From: a virus
Lineage: Duplodnaviria > Caudoviricetes
Direction: 5' to 3' (one strand)
Virus record (IMG/VR): IMGVR_UViG_3300032365_000024
Span: 8,350 to 72,349 of that record
DNA length: 64,000 bases
Part shown: piece by piece, positions 36,337 through 45,460 of the stretch
Layout of the letters: every line of letters begins with the position of its first letter
How positions within the stretch are numbered: position 1 is the stretch's first letter
Position numbers and translations under genes: made by a program
Notes under the pieces: generated by a model
What the model was told of the DNA's origin: nothing
What the model saw: only the letters and a program-made list of their open reading frames with translations
The model's database searches: none

Positions 36337-37242
36337 TCATGGAACTATAGCGATGGATACGGGAATATCTATTGGCGTATTAGTTGCGTTTACAGAATTA
36401 ATACGAATAGTATCCGAGTATACTCCTGGTAAAGAAGGAATACATGATGAATTCACTGAAAATACAACATGTACATCAGTACCTGATGTAAGAGGACCAC
36501 CACTAGTTGGTACTATATTTAGCCATGCACTTTGATTCAATACACGAGTCAAATTGAAATTCAATATCGATCCAGATGGACCAGTATTAGTAACAACAAT
36601 TTCTTGTGGACCACCAGGAGAATGTGTTGACATATAATAAATAAGATCAATATGATCTATACTCAATCCAACTGTAGGTCTAGGTAGTACAGTAACATTA
36701 AATGTAGCTGGTACGATATTCGGCGGATTTGCATTATCTTGTATATTAATATGACCTGTATACGGAGAAGAAGAAGCTAACATAGATGCTGGTATAATTT
36801 GAATATCAGTTTGTCCTTGTTGATTTTTTCCTATACCAATAACGTTCGGTGGATTTGATGACAACCATGGAACATCTGGAATTGAATATTCATTCATATA
36901 TGAACCTAATGCACCTATATTTTGGAATATTATAGTTGTAGCATCTACAATTGGATCTCCTTCTGTAACTGTAAATGCAAATGATGCTGGTGATATAAGC
37001 AAAACACGTGGTGCCAACTGCTGTTGGAAATCACTCAATGAATCAGCCATCGCCAAAATAACATCACCAGGCAAAGGAATATTTGCCCGGACAAATGAAC
37101 CAAACGGCGATTGAATATCCTTAACTTGAGTTCTCTGTCCAGCATTCGGTATGTTATCAATAGCTACAAGCCAAGACCACATACCACCAATTGATTGGAT
37201 GCTGAACTTAAATCCGCCACCAGCAACAATATTTGTAGTCAT
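36337..37242 (-). CDS. Virion protein with two BACON/Ig-like domains
   Basis: Repeated WL.[SI].P.x(n)G...G.Y...I.I patterns (PWLSSNPP...YTGHINI; AWLNIVPTSG...YSDTIRI). Confidence 0.6.
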   Translation of the reverse strand: MTTNIVAGGGFKFSIQSIGGMWSWLVAIDNIPNAGQRTQVKDIQSPFGSFVRANIPLPGDVILAMADSLSDFQQQLAPRVLLISPASFAFTVTEGDPIVDATTIIFQNIGALGSYMNEYSIPDVPWLSSNPPNVIGIGKNQQGQTDIQIIPASMLASSSPYTGHINIQDNANPPNIVPATFNVTVLPRPTVGLSIDHIDLIYYMSTHSPGGPQEIVVTNTGPSGSILNFNLTRVLNQSAWLNIVPTSGGPLTSGTDVHVVFSVNSSCIPSLPGVYSDTIRINSVNATNTPIDIPVSIAIVP

Positions 37243-37275
37243 TTGTTCTAGAAAAAAGAAAAGAAGCCCAGAATG

Positions 37276-37632
37276 TTAATAATCTAATCTCAATATATTA
37301 TTATCACTATCCGTATAATAAACAGTTCTAACTCCCTTAGACTTCAATATACATTCACACATATAACATGGTTTGGCCATACCGAACATACCATTACTGC
37401 GAATACGCGCTACAAAAACAACAGCACCTTTATCGAGTTTACGAGATAATCGAACTTCAGCATGTGCCGAAGAACAAGGAATAATCGAAGGACCATTACA
37501 AGCCCGAACAACCGTCCCATCATTTCGCACAGCAACAGCACCAATACGAAAAGTTCTACGGTCCTTCTTACTCTCTGCCGTAAATGCCGCCAATTTTATG
37601 TAACTATCGATATTCATTGCTATAATATACAA
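37276..37632 (-). CDS. Zn-dependent cytidine/dCMP deaminase-like protein
   Basis: HAE and KPCxxC motifs. Likely ATG start is 37617. Confidence 0.85.
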   Translation of the reverse strand: MYIIAMNIDSYIKLAAFTAESKKDRRTFRIGAVAVRNDGTVVRACNGPSIIPCSSAHAEVRLSRKLDKGAVVFVARIRSNGMFGMAKPCYMCECILKSKGVRTVYYTDSDNNILRLDY

Positions 37633-37658
37633 ATAAATAAAAATAATTTACGTTTTAT

Positions 37659-38480
37659 CTAGTATCTGGCCGATCTTTCACCGGATTGCGGAAAATTATA
37701 TCGACCATTTAAACCATGCATCTTTCGAGCTTCAGCATCGTAAGCCCGAGCAGCATCCTCAAGCGTATTTAATGGAATTGAATACCAAACTCTTCCATTA
37801 CCATGAACAACTGCTCTAAATTTTCCATTTGGTAACAATATGACACCTTTATACGGAATTCTACCAAACTTCTTCTTAGTATTCATTCTATTTTGAGATT
37901 TGGTTACAATTCGTAAATTATTTTTTCGACAATTCAAACCATCTTGATCAATATGATCAACCAATTCACCATGATTAGAATTAATTATAAACTGATGCAA
38001 TTTAATAGACCCGCGCTCACCATTTTTTCTTAAATAAGTTTTGGCGTATAAGGTAGATTTTCCTTGCACCACACACCAAGAGTGCTGAGAAACCCTTTCA
38101 AAATCTTCTTCATCTATAAGAGCAAACTTTCCTTTAGTCAGTGGAACCCACCGAGCTCCAGTTATTGGTGTAGGTTCCTCATATTTTCTATGAGACTGAA
38201 TTTCACATTCTTTAGAACAAAATTTTGTTTTTACTTTCTCAGGAGAAAAAAGTTTTCCACACCCTTCACATGATTTTTCTGGTAAACGCATAGAAGCATG
38301 TACACATTTTAATGAACAACACTGTCGTGATAAATATCCATCAAATTCAATTCCGCATACTACACATATCTTTTTAGTTATTGTTTTAGTATATGCAATA
38401 TGACATTTATGTGAACAATATTTATTTGGGCGTTCTTCTCTTCCTTCAAATTCTTTATTACAAAATAAACAAATATTCAT
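37659..38480 (-). CDS. HNH-AP2 homing endonuclease with three N-terminal CxxC...CSxxC repeats
   Basis: VDHIDQDGLNCRKNNLR..T.SQN; AP2 YKGV...EDAARAYD. Confidence 0.85.
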   Translation of the reverse strand: MNICLFCNKEFEGREERPNKYCSHKCHIAYTKTITKKICVVCGIEFDGYLSRQCCSLKCVHASMRLPEKSCEGCGKLFSPEKVKTKFCSKECEIQSHRKYEEPTPITGARWVPLTKGKFALIDEEDFERVSQHSWCVVQGKSTLYAKTYLRKNGERGSIKLHQFIINSNHGELVDHIDQDGLNCRKNNLRIVTKSQNRMNTKKKFGRIPYKGVILLPNGKFRAVVHGNGRVWYSIPLNTLEDAARAYDAEARKMHGLNGRYNFPQSGERSARY

Positions 38481-39304
38481 TTTCGAATTTCTCCTGTAAT
38501 AGCTGACCGTTCACCAATTTCAGGAAAATTATATGTAGAACTAGGATCTTTATATTTTCTTACAAAATTATCATATATATAGGCTGCATCTTCAGCATTA
38601 TCATATGTGCCTAAACATCGTTCTACTTTATTTTTACAAAGACGGACTACCCATTTACCACTATTAGTTGCATGAACTCCCTTGAATCCAGATGATTTAT
38701 TAACAACCACAAGTCTATTACTTTGATTACTAGATCTACTAGTTGGAATTAAATTTTGTCGACGACAGTTTAAACCATTCCCATCCAAATGGTCAACTTC
38801 TTCAAAAACAAGAGGATCAATCAAATATCTATGTAAATAAACTGGAATATCCGTACGTTTAGCATAATATACCTCCCCACGAGAATTTGCACGAACTTTT
38901 ACAGCACACCAATTATATTGTATAACATCAATATAATCTATTTCATCAATAAGAGCAAATTTTCCTTGAGTAAGTGAAACCCATCTAGCACCCAGTATAA
39001 CTACAGGTTCAATCATAGAATGTGATTTATTAATTCTAGATTGATTAAAACAATCTAAGCAACAATATTTAGACGTTTTTCTGACAGGAGGAAATAAATT
39101 ACCGCAATTTAAACATCTAATATGTTCACTTTTCATATCTTCAGCTAAACATTTTGGTGAACAATAAGATTTTCGATATTTAGGAATCGGATTATTACAA
39201 TGCTTACAAAGCTGTATAGTAATCATGACGATCCTCCTTAGATGAGGTGAGTCCGTGTCCCAGGACGTTGACGCGCCGCTGGGACAAATAATATTATAAC
39301 ACAT
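38477..39304 (-). CDS. HNH-AP2 homing endonuclease with two Cys repeats
   Basis: VDHLDGNGLNCRRQNL; FKGVH...EDAAYIYD. Likely start is 39226 (MITIQ) after SD AAGGAGG. Confidence 0.85.
   Translation of the reverse strand: MCYNIICPSGASTSWDTDSPHLRRIVMITIQLCKHCNNPIPKYRKSYCSPKCLAEDMKSEHIRCLNCGNLFPPVRKTSKYCCLDCFNQSRINKSHSMIEPVVILGARWVSLTQGKFALIDEIDYIDVIQYNWCAVKVRANSRGEVYYAKRTDIPVYLHRYLIDPLVFEEVDHLDGNGLNCRRQNLIPTSRSSNQSNRLVVVNKSSGFKGVHATNSGKWVVRLCKNKVERCLGTYDNAEDAAYIYDNFVRKYKDPSSTYNFPEIGERSAITGEIRK
39256..39286 (-). promoter_or_regulatory. GC-rich stem-loop at the predicted +1 of the promoter
   Basis: 8-bp stem TGTCCCAG/CTGGGACA with a GC-rich 15-nt interior, in an AT-rich background. Confidence 0.6.
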
Positions 39305-39321
39305 TAAATACTGTCCGTCAA
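39293..39321 (-). promoter_or_regulatory. Sigma70-consensus promoter with flanking inverted repeat
   Basis: Minus strand TTGACG-N17-TATAAT with TG-N extension; 9-bp inverted repeat CATTAAATA/TATTTAATG (39302-39330) brackets the -35 box. Confidence 0.75.
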
Positions 39322-39362
39322 TATTTAATGAATATTGTTGAAATATTTATCTGATATTAAAA

Positions 39363-40136
39363 TTAAGAAATCGTTAAAATTTGTGCATCACCACGATCCC
39401 TAAACTGTGGAAGTGACACTTCATGGAGAATGTTGAAATGTTTATCTGAAATTGCAAAAAATACCGTATAATACTTTCCATAAACTGATTCATCAATAGC
39501 GGCGTGTAAATTACTTTCAGCAATCTCTATTTCTTCTGAACTTCGCTCTTGTTTACGTAGTATATTAACTGCAGCTTGAAATTCTCGTACTTCTGATGTA
39601 ATAAGTTTTTTAATTCTACCCAAAGCGCGGAAAAAACGATGTCTAACTCTTCCTTGCGTTAATCCCATCTGTTTGGCTACTTCTGATTGACACGTAGTTT
39701 CATACATACGCCATAAAATTTCTCTATCCTGATTAGTAAACTCAGACGCGAGCTCTACTTCAAAGATATCAAATTCAAGTTCTGGAATTGTAAATAAAAA
39801 TTGTATTCTTCGACGACCACGTGCTAATCTGTAGCTTACCGCAGCTTGTGTAATATTAAAAAGACGAGCTATCTGCTCTTGTTTCATTTCATCGTGATAG
39901 TATAATTTAATAAGATCAGATTCGCGTGGTGGTATACGATCTAAATATGGTTCTATTGCTTCAAAATTTGGTTTAGTAGTTTCAAAATCAGGCTCCTCTT
40001 CCGGAGCCAAATTTCTTTCAATAAGTTTTTCAAGATCACTCTCAGCATCACCATCACCTTCATATCCAAGTCTATTTGTGCCACTAAAACGAGCGGATAT
40101 TGAAGATGGATCTTGAACAATAATATGAGATGTCAT
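39363..40136 (-). CDS. Sigma70 region-4-like transcription factor with two tandem HTH domains
   Basis: YLDRIPPRESDLIKLYY...QEQIARLFNITQAAVSYRLARG and FTNQDREILWR...QSEVAKQMGLTQGRVRHRFFRA; no sigma2 recognised. Confidence 0.7.
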   Translation of the reverse strand: MTSHIIVQDPSSISARFSGTNRLGYEGDGDAESDLEKLIERNLAPEEEPDFETTKPNFEAIEPYLDRIPPRESDLIKLYYHDEMKQEQIARLFNITQAAVSYRLARGRRRIQFLFTIPELEFDIFEVELASEFTNQDREILWRMYETTCQSEVAKQMGLTQGRVRHRFFRALGRIKKLITSEVREFQAAVNILRKQERSSEEIEIAESNLHAAIDESVYGKYYTVFFAISDKHFNILHEVSLPQFRDRGDAQILTIS

Positions 40137-40282
40137 TTTTATTCCCAGTCATGAATTTTTCACTCGTATATCGAGTGGGTATATAGTATGCGTATGACTG
40201 GAACAACTTAATAACGTTACCAATTATCATTATAATACGTTATTAATATAAATAGTTTATTTTAACAAATATTAATTTGATT

Positions 40283-40408
40283 TTAAAATAGACATAACTG
40301 AGTCTTTCTTTGATAATTATATTCTTCGACACATGGTATACGATCTAAATATAGTTCCATTACATCAAAATTTGGTTTATTATGAGATACCATTTTATTC
40401 CCAGCCAT
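40283..40408 (-). pseudogene. Deleted duplicate of the 5' part of the sigma4-like gene (41-aa mini-ORF)
   Basis: MAGNKMVSHNKPNFDVMELYLDRIPCVEE versus MTSH...KPNFEAIEPYLDRIPPRES; the DNA also matches 39925-39975 and 40125-40150. Confidence 0.7.
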
Positions 40409-40425
40409 ATTAAATGAATTCATAC

Positions 40426-41424
40426 TTAAATATCACGAAGCCAATCATCTACAAGTATATTATTGCGATCAATAGCATAAGAACCTACATGAAATGGAGT
40501 AGTATCTAATGGAATATTTAAATCATTACACATATTTAAAGCATCCGCAAAATCAGGAATTGCTGGCATCAAACATGATTTAATGTCTACATTATTTTTT
40601 AACTCAATAAGTTCCCAATTAAGATTAATTCTATTTCGAAGAGAGATTAATTTAGAACGTTCAGTAGCGGATAAATGTATCATACCAGTAGAAATAGCTG
40701 CATCCACATTTTCTGCATCACAAAGAGAGAAAGCTGCCTTCTTACGTAAACGAGGAACTCCCTTAATATTATCAGAAGGATCTCCCGTAAAAGCTTTAAA
40801 CATTCTAATATGTTTTGGTAGAATTTGACATCCATATTTCTTCATATAATATTCCCCGACACGTTCCAAATCATAAAGACGAGGTGGTGGAATACCGGGT
40901 CTATAAACAACTGTTCTATTATTAACAAGTTGAAAAAAATCACTATCAGCTGATATAATAATGTGAATAGCTTCAGGATCAAGATGAATTACACTAGCAA
41001 TCAAATCATCAGCTTCCTCTTCAGGATGCCAGTATATATCACATCCAAGTTTACGAAATACTGATGATATAAATAATATCTGATTAGGAAATTCAGTTCC
41101 ATCAGATAATCGAACTACTTCACCTACATCAAGATCAGTCCTGTTATTTTGTTTATAATCTGGATCCATAGCGATTCGACGCATTGGTTTTCCATCAAAA
41201 AAGATAGAAATTTTTGTAAGATTCAAATCATGTAACCATGATGAAAGTAAATTAAGAGTTCCATATATTAATCCAATTGGCATACCATATCGATTCACAA
41301 TAGGTTTTTCACCACATTTTAAACGATTTTCCACAAATACATAATAAGCCCTACGTAAAAGATTATTTCCGTCTACAAGAACATGACGTCTAGTTTCATT
41401 TCCACCTACATGTCTCATGATCAT
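40426..41424 (-). CDS. 5'-3' exonuclease / flap endonuclease (PolI N-terminal type)
   Basis: LVDGNNLL.RAYY, EADDLIAS, ISADSDFFQL, GDPSDNIKGVP. Confidence 0.9.
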   Translation of the reverse strand: MIMRHVGGNETRRHVLVDGNNLLRRAYYVFVENRLKCGEKPIVNRYGMPIGLIYGTLNLLSSWLHDLNLTKISIFFDGKPMRRIAMDPDYKQNNRTDLDVGEVVRLSDGTEFPNQILFISSVFRKLGCDIYWHPEEEADDLIASVIHLDPEAIHIIISADSDFFQLVNNRTVVYRPGIPPPRLYDLERVGEYYMKKYGCQILPKHIRMFKAFTGDPSDNIKGVPRLRKKAAFSLCDAENVDAAISTGMIHLSATERSKLISLRNRINLNWELIELKNNVDIKSCLMPAIPDFADALNMCNDLNIPLDTTPFHVGSYAIDRNNILVDDWLRDI

Positions 41425-41489
41425 GCCATATGTAAATTTTCTAAATTACTTCAATTTAATCCTACATTAACTAAAATTAAATTTTTCAA

Positions 41490-42167
41490 TCACTTGGGTT
41501 TTAACTTTTCTAGATATGACGCTGGAAATTCAACAATTAATGGCTTTGATGCAAGTTTAATATTAACTAAAATAGCTTCTCCGTCAATACGCACTAAACT
41601 TACTGTACCTCTTAAGTTTTTATATTGACCTTTAATAACTCGAACTTGATCATCAACATCAATCGGTCGTGTTTTCATAACCTTCATGCCAACACGCATT
41701 GGACTTAGAGCTTCATCATCAAGTAAACTATATTGGATACCTCCTTTTCGTCCATAATTACAAATTACATTTTTAAAATAAGGAATATCTTGTAATTTCA
41801 TAAAGTTTATACCATCACGATATTCAATAAAAATATATCCTTCCATATAAAATGAAGTATGAGATTCAGTACGTGCCTCTTCAGAAACTGCAGGAATAAA
41901 TACTTCCACTGGTTTCCCTAGAAACCTCTGAATAACTTGTATCAATTGCTGTGGATTTTTCTCTCGTTCCCCAAGAGGAGAAAGTTGAACCACTACCCAC
42001 TTCAATGGTGATGCAGACGGAGGTAAACAAGATTTTTTCTTTGAACTAGACTGATCAACTTTTTGCTTTGATTCTATCGAGAAGGGCACGGCAAAACTCC
42101 TTCGGCGGCATCGGAACCAGCCTTTGATCAAACGATACTTCTGATTCAATCTTAGGTTGAATTTCAA
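41490..42167 (-). CDS. nusG: NusG-family transcription elongation/antitermination factor (NGN+KOW); start uncertain
   Basis: KWVVVQ, V[EF]VFIP, GYIFIE (NGN) and DDQVRVIKGQYKNLRGTV (KOW). The listed 5' end overlaps dnaX. Confidence 0.8.
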   Translation of the reverse strand: MKFNLRLNQKYRLIKGWFRCRRRSFAVPFSIESKQKVDQSSSKKKSCLPPSASPLKWVVVQLSPLGEREKNPQQLIQVIQRFLGKPVEVFIPAVSEEARTESHTSFYMEGYIFIEYRDGINFMKLQDIPYFKNVICNYGRKGGIQYSLLDDEALSPMRVGMKVMKTRPIDVDDQVRVIKGQYKNLRGTVSLVRIDGEAILVNIKLASKPLIVEFPASYLEKLKPK

Positions 42168-43455
42168 ATGAAGGAGCTGAATTATGTATTTTTTTATCTA
42201 GAGATGTAAGGAATTCATCTTGAGTAAATTTAACTCCATCATGTTCAACAATTTTACTAACAGTCTTTTTCGGCCCCTCGGAACCTTTCGGAAATTCTTT
42301 CTTCACAGGAAGTGATTCATGGACAATTGTAGGTGATAAAGACGAAAGCGGTGGCATCGTGGACAAAGAAGATGGTTCTATTTTTGTAGATGATAATTGA
42401 GAACTCATTTGAGTCATTATATTATCATCCAAAGTCTTTCCCATAGGTTCAAATAAAGCAACTTCTATAGCCGCAGTATCTGGTCGATCAATACGACTCA
42501 AAGAGGATGCTAAATTAACCCAAGCACGACCACGTATTGGAAAAAAATTGGTTGGAACTGGATATGTAGATTTAGCACCTACAGAACTACGAATAGCACT
42601 AGATATAGCTGATATTATGGAATCACGAACCCAAACAGGACTCTCACGAGCGAATATATGATCTAATATTTGAAAAGCTGAAGATGGCTCAACATCAATC
42701 AATGACAAAACCTTACATACATCTTCCATAGAGTCAAACCGATAAATTTCACGAATAAGTGCTTCCGTTACCTTTCCCATCCCGGAAACAGTTTCTAAAG
42801 ATGTAATACTTGTACGCGGATTTTGTTTATTGACTTGTACTAATAATTCAAGAGCTTCTACATCATATTTTATTTCTTCATTTTTACATATTTCATAAAG
42901 ATGATCAACAAGCACATTATTCGACGGTGGAGAAACCGAATATTCTTCTACTCTATCTCGAATAGCACCTTTAATTAAATGAGGTTCAGTCGTACATAAT
43001 ATAACAACAACAAGTCTATCCTCCATCGGCTTAAGTAATGCATCTTGTGAAGGTTTCGAAAGACGATGAGCTTCATCAAGAACAATAACGCGTGGACGAT
43101 TATCAATTGTACCAAAATCAAGATCTTGAACAATGGATCGAATTCGATCTACAGTTCCTTGTGTTGCAGCATCAAATTCATCAAAGCTTTCAGATGAACC
43201 ATCTTCAATAGAACGACAAATTGAACACTCACAACATGGCTCACCATTTTCAGAATTTGAACAAGCTATAGCTTTACCGACTATTCGAGCAAGGGAAGTT
43301 TTACCACATCCTTTTGGGCCATAAAACATCATGGAACGACCAGATAATGTTCCATTTTTAGAACGAATTGTTAATAATTTAACGATGCCCTCGTTACCGA
43401 GAACATCTTTAAAATAACGTGGTCTATATTTTATATCCAAAGATTGTGAGGACAT
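42055..43455 (-). CDS. dnaX: DNA polymerase III clamp-loader subunit gamma/tau
   Basis: KYRP..F.DV.G, GPKGCGKTSLARI, PCCECSIC Zn motif, EFDAA, LDEAHRLS, ALLKPMED. Confidence 0.92.
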   Translation of the reverse strand: MSSQSLDIKYRPRYFKDVLGNEGIVKLLTIRSKNGTLSGRSMMFYGPKGCGKTSLARIVGKAIACSNSENGEPCCECSICRSIEDGSSESFDEFDAATQGTVDRIRSIVQDLDFGTIDNRPRVIVLDEAHRLSKPSQDALLKPMEDRLVVVILCTTEPHLIKGAIRDRVEEYSVSPPSNNVLVDHLYEICKNEEIKYDVEALELLVQVNKQNPRTSITSLETVSGMGKVTEALIREIYRFDSMEDVCKVLSLIDVEPSSAFQILDHIFARESPVWVRDSIISAISSAIRSSVGAKSTYPVPTNFFPIRGRAWVNLASSLSRIDRPDTAAIEVALFEPMGKTLDDNIMTQMSSQLSSTKIEPSSLSTMPPLSSLSPTIVHESLPVKKEFPKGSEGPKKTVSKIVEHDGVKFTQDEFLTSLDKKIHNSAPSFEIQPKIESEVSFDQRLVPMPPKEFCRALLDRIKAKS

Positions 43456-43513
43456 TTATACCTCAATCAATTCGAATCTATAATTCGAATAAAATTACAT
43501 CCGACAATCTAAG

Positions 43514-43533
43514 ATTTGAATTATAATTCAAAT
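43514..43533. repeat. Perfect 20-bp palindrome ATTTGAATTATAATTCAAAT upstream of dnaX
   Basis: Self-complementarity checked; overlaps the stop codon of the 43528 ORF. Confidence 0.9.
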
Positions 43534-44034
43534 TTTACTTGGATCTTTTTCTAATTGATCAACAAATTCTTGAAGAGAACCATTCCATTTACCATGACGT
43601 TGTACAACTTCAGCAAATTCTTGAACATCAAATGGCCGTATTGAATATTTCATTGATCCATCTTCTTCAACTTCTTCACCATAACATCTGGTCAATAAAT
43701 GATCAATAAGTGCTACACGTTGTGATGGTTGAAAATCGTTCCATGCATCAAGTGCGATAATCACAATAAAATCAGGTTCTTCATGATCATTACGAAATTG
43801 AGAAATAATATGACGTTCAAATGGTGATGCTTTTTTGACAATACCAGAAACTTTTTTACTACCTTGTTTCTGAGCTTTATTACGTAAAAAGAATTCAAAT
43901 TTTGCTGAAATTAAATGCGGATGATGCTTCGGAATAAGTCTTCCAGCAATTTCAACCCCAGCATCAAATCCACCAAAAAGAATTGGTTCTGGTGTAGATG
44001 GCTTTAGTTTATGCGCTTTGTTCTCTGTAATCAT
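43528..44034 (-). CDS. Phage metallopeptidase-like protein, probably inactive
   Basis: DFIVII...W...QRVALIDH...IRPFDVQEF.EVVQRHG.W pattern; metal-binding residues altered. Confidence 0.6.
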   Translation of the reverse strand: MITENKAHKLKPSTPEPILFGGFDAGVEIAGRLIPKHHPHLISAKFEFFLRNKAQKQGSKKVSGIVKKASPFERHIISQFRNDHEEPDFIVIIALDAWNDFQPSQRVALIDHLLTRCYGEEVEEDGSMKYSIRPFDVQEFAEVVQRHGKWNGSLQEFVDQLEKDPSKI

Positions 44035-44825
44035 ATTCTTAGTTCCTTCTTAAAGTATTGAGAAAAACGATTATCACCTACACATTGCCAATAGTCACCA
44101 ATATCCTTATCACCTTCATTGATACATGGATACATTACATTCACTATATCAAATTCCGATAATGTTCTTTTCACAAAATCATAACGACCATCACGTCCTG
44201 CTTTATCTCTGTCAGTGCATATGTATATACGATGCACAAACCTGCGTAAAAATCGCATCTGCATCGGATTCACAATATTTGTTGTAAGTGCTAAAACAGT
44301 AGGCATGACTAAACGTTCAAATATTAAATGATCAAATGGTCCTTCAACAAGAGCAACTTCACGTCGATGCCAAATTTCATCAATATTAGCTGCAATTCCG
44401 AAGAAATATCCTTCAGGACGTCTAGACACGACAAAAGTATCATAAGATTTATTTTGTATAGATCTAACTTGAAATCCAACAGTCATACCGGAATAACTAG
44501 TTAGTGGTAACACAATACATCCGACAATACGCCGACCAACATGCTGTTCCCTAAGAGTCCCTTCTTCACCCTCCCATATCGATGACCAACGCCGATATCG
44601 ACATATATCACACCATTGACTCCGTTTTTGACGATCAGAACAAGCTTCCGAATGTCCCATTGAAATTGATGGATCAATTTCAAAATCACTACTAACGTAT
44701 CCAATACGATGGCGTTTCCATTGTTCAGCAGATGTGCCACGAGATTGTAAATATGATTGTGCTTCTTCACTTTCATTAAGAGCATTGTGAGCCCAGTCAA
44801 TAAATGAATCTGGAAAATTCATCAA
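44031..44825 (-). CDS. dnaG: DNA primase (DnaG catalytic/TOPRIM core)
   Basis: YL.SRG, IVLPL..G..VGFQVR, LVEGPFD, CTDRDKAG. Confidence 0.8.
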   Translation of the reverse strand: MMNFPDSFIDWAHNALNESEEAQSYLQSRGTSAEQWKRHRIGYVSSDFEIDPSISMGHSEACSDRQKRSQWCDICRYRRWSSIWEGEEGTLREQHVGRRIVGCIVLPLTSYSGMTVGFQVRSIQNKSYDTFVVSRRPEGYFFGIAANIDEIWHRREVALVEGPFDHLIFERLVMPTVLALTTNIVNPMQMRFLRRFVHRIYICTDRDKAGRDGRYDFVKRTLSEFDIVNVMYPCINEGDKDIGDYWQCVGDNRFSQYFKKELRI

Positions 44826-45460
44826 TTTTTCTCAGGACAAATACAAAAAGCCATACCATATCGAACATTATGCAAAAGAATACTAGTTTTACCACCAACA
44901 ATTTGTGTATACATACCAACGAAATCAGGACGGGATAAAAATACTGGAATTGAAACTCGACAACTGATTATTTTACATATACGACAATAAATAATAGCAG
45001 TTGTTTTTGCTTTCGATTCTTTTACAGATTCATCAAGGGATACTTCAGCTATATTATTTCGTCCGATCCATCGTATCAATTTTGTACGAGACCACGACTC
45101 AGGAATTAAAACAATATGAGGTTGAACTTCGTTACTATGTTTCTGAATATAATTAAATGCTTCTTTTGGTTTCGTAAATATATTATTCCATTTTTCTGCA
45201 GTTGATAACTCAAATGCCGCATTGAACATCGGCATTATAATTTCGTCTAAACGATCAGAATCATGAGAAAAAACTCCTGATCGAATACGACCATCACCAG
45301 TCATTTTTCGACTAACTAAAAATCTTCCGCTCTGAGTAGAACTCACTAACGCAGGTAAAAAATTAGCTCTTGCAGGAGTTTCTATCCACCATATAGGAGT
45401 GTCCTTAACAATTCCTCTTGATTTATGCAAATCATGATCAAGAATCTTCAGAAGGATCAT
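44822..45460 (-). CDS. Hypothetical protein (212 aa)
   Basis: Coupled ORF in the replication operon. Confidence 0.55.
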   Translation of the reverse strand: MILLKILDHDLHKSRGIVKDTPIWWIETPARANFLPALVSSTQSGRFLVSRKMTGDGRIRSGVFSHDSDRLDEIIMPMFNAAFELSTAEKWNNIFTKPKEAFNYIQKHSNEVQPHIVLIPESWSRTKLIRWIGRNNIAEVSLDESVKESKAKTTAIIYCRICKIISCRVSIPVFLSRPDFVGMYTQIVGGKTSILLHNVRYGMAFCICPEKN

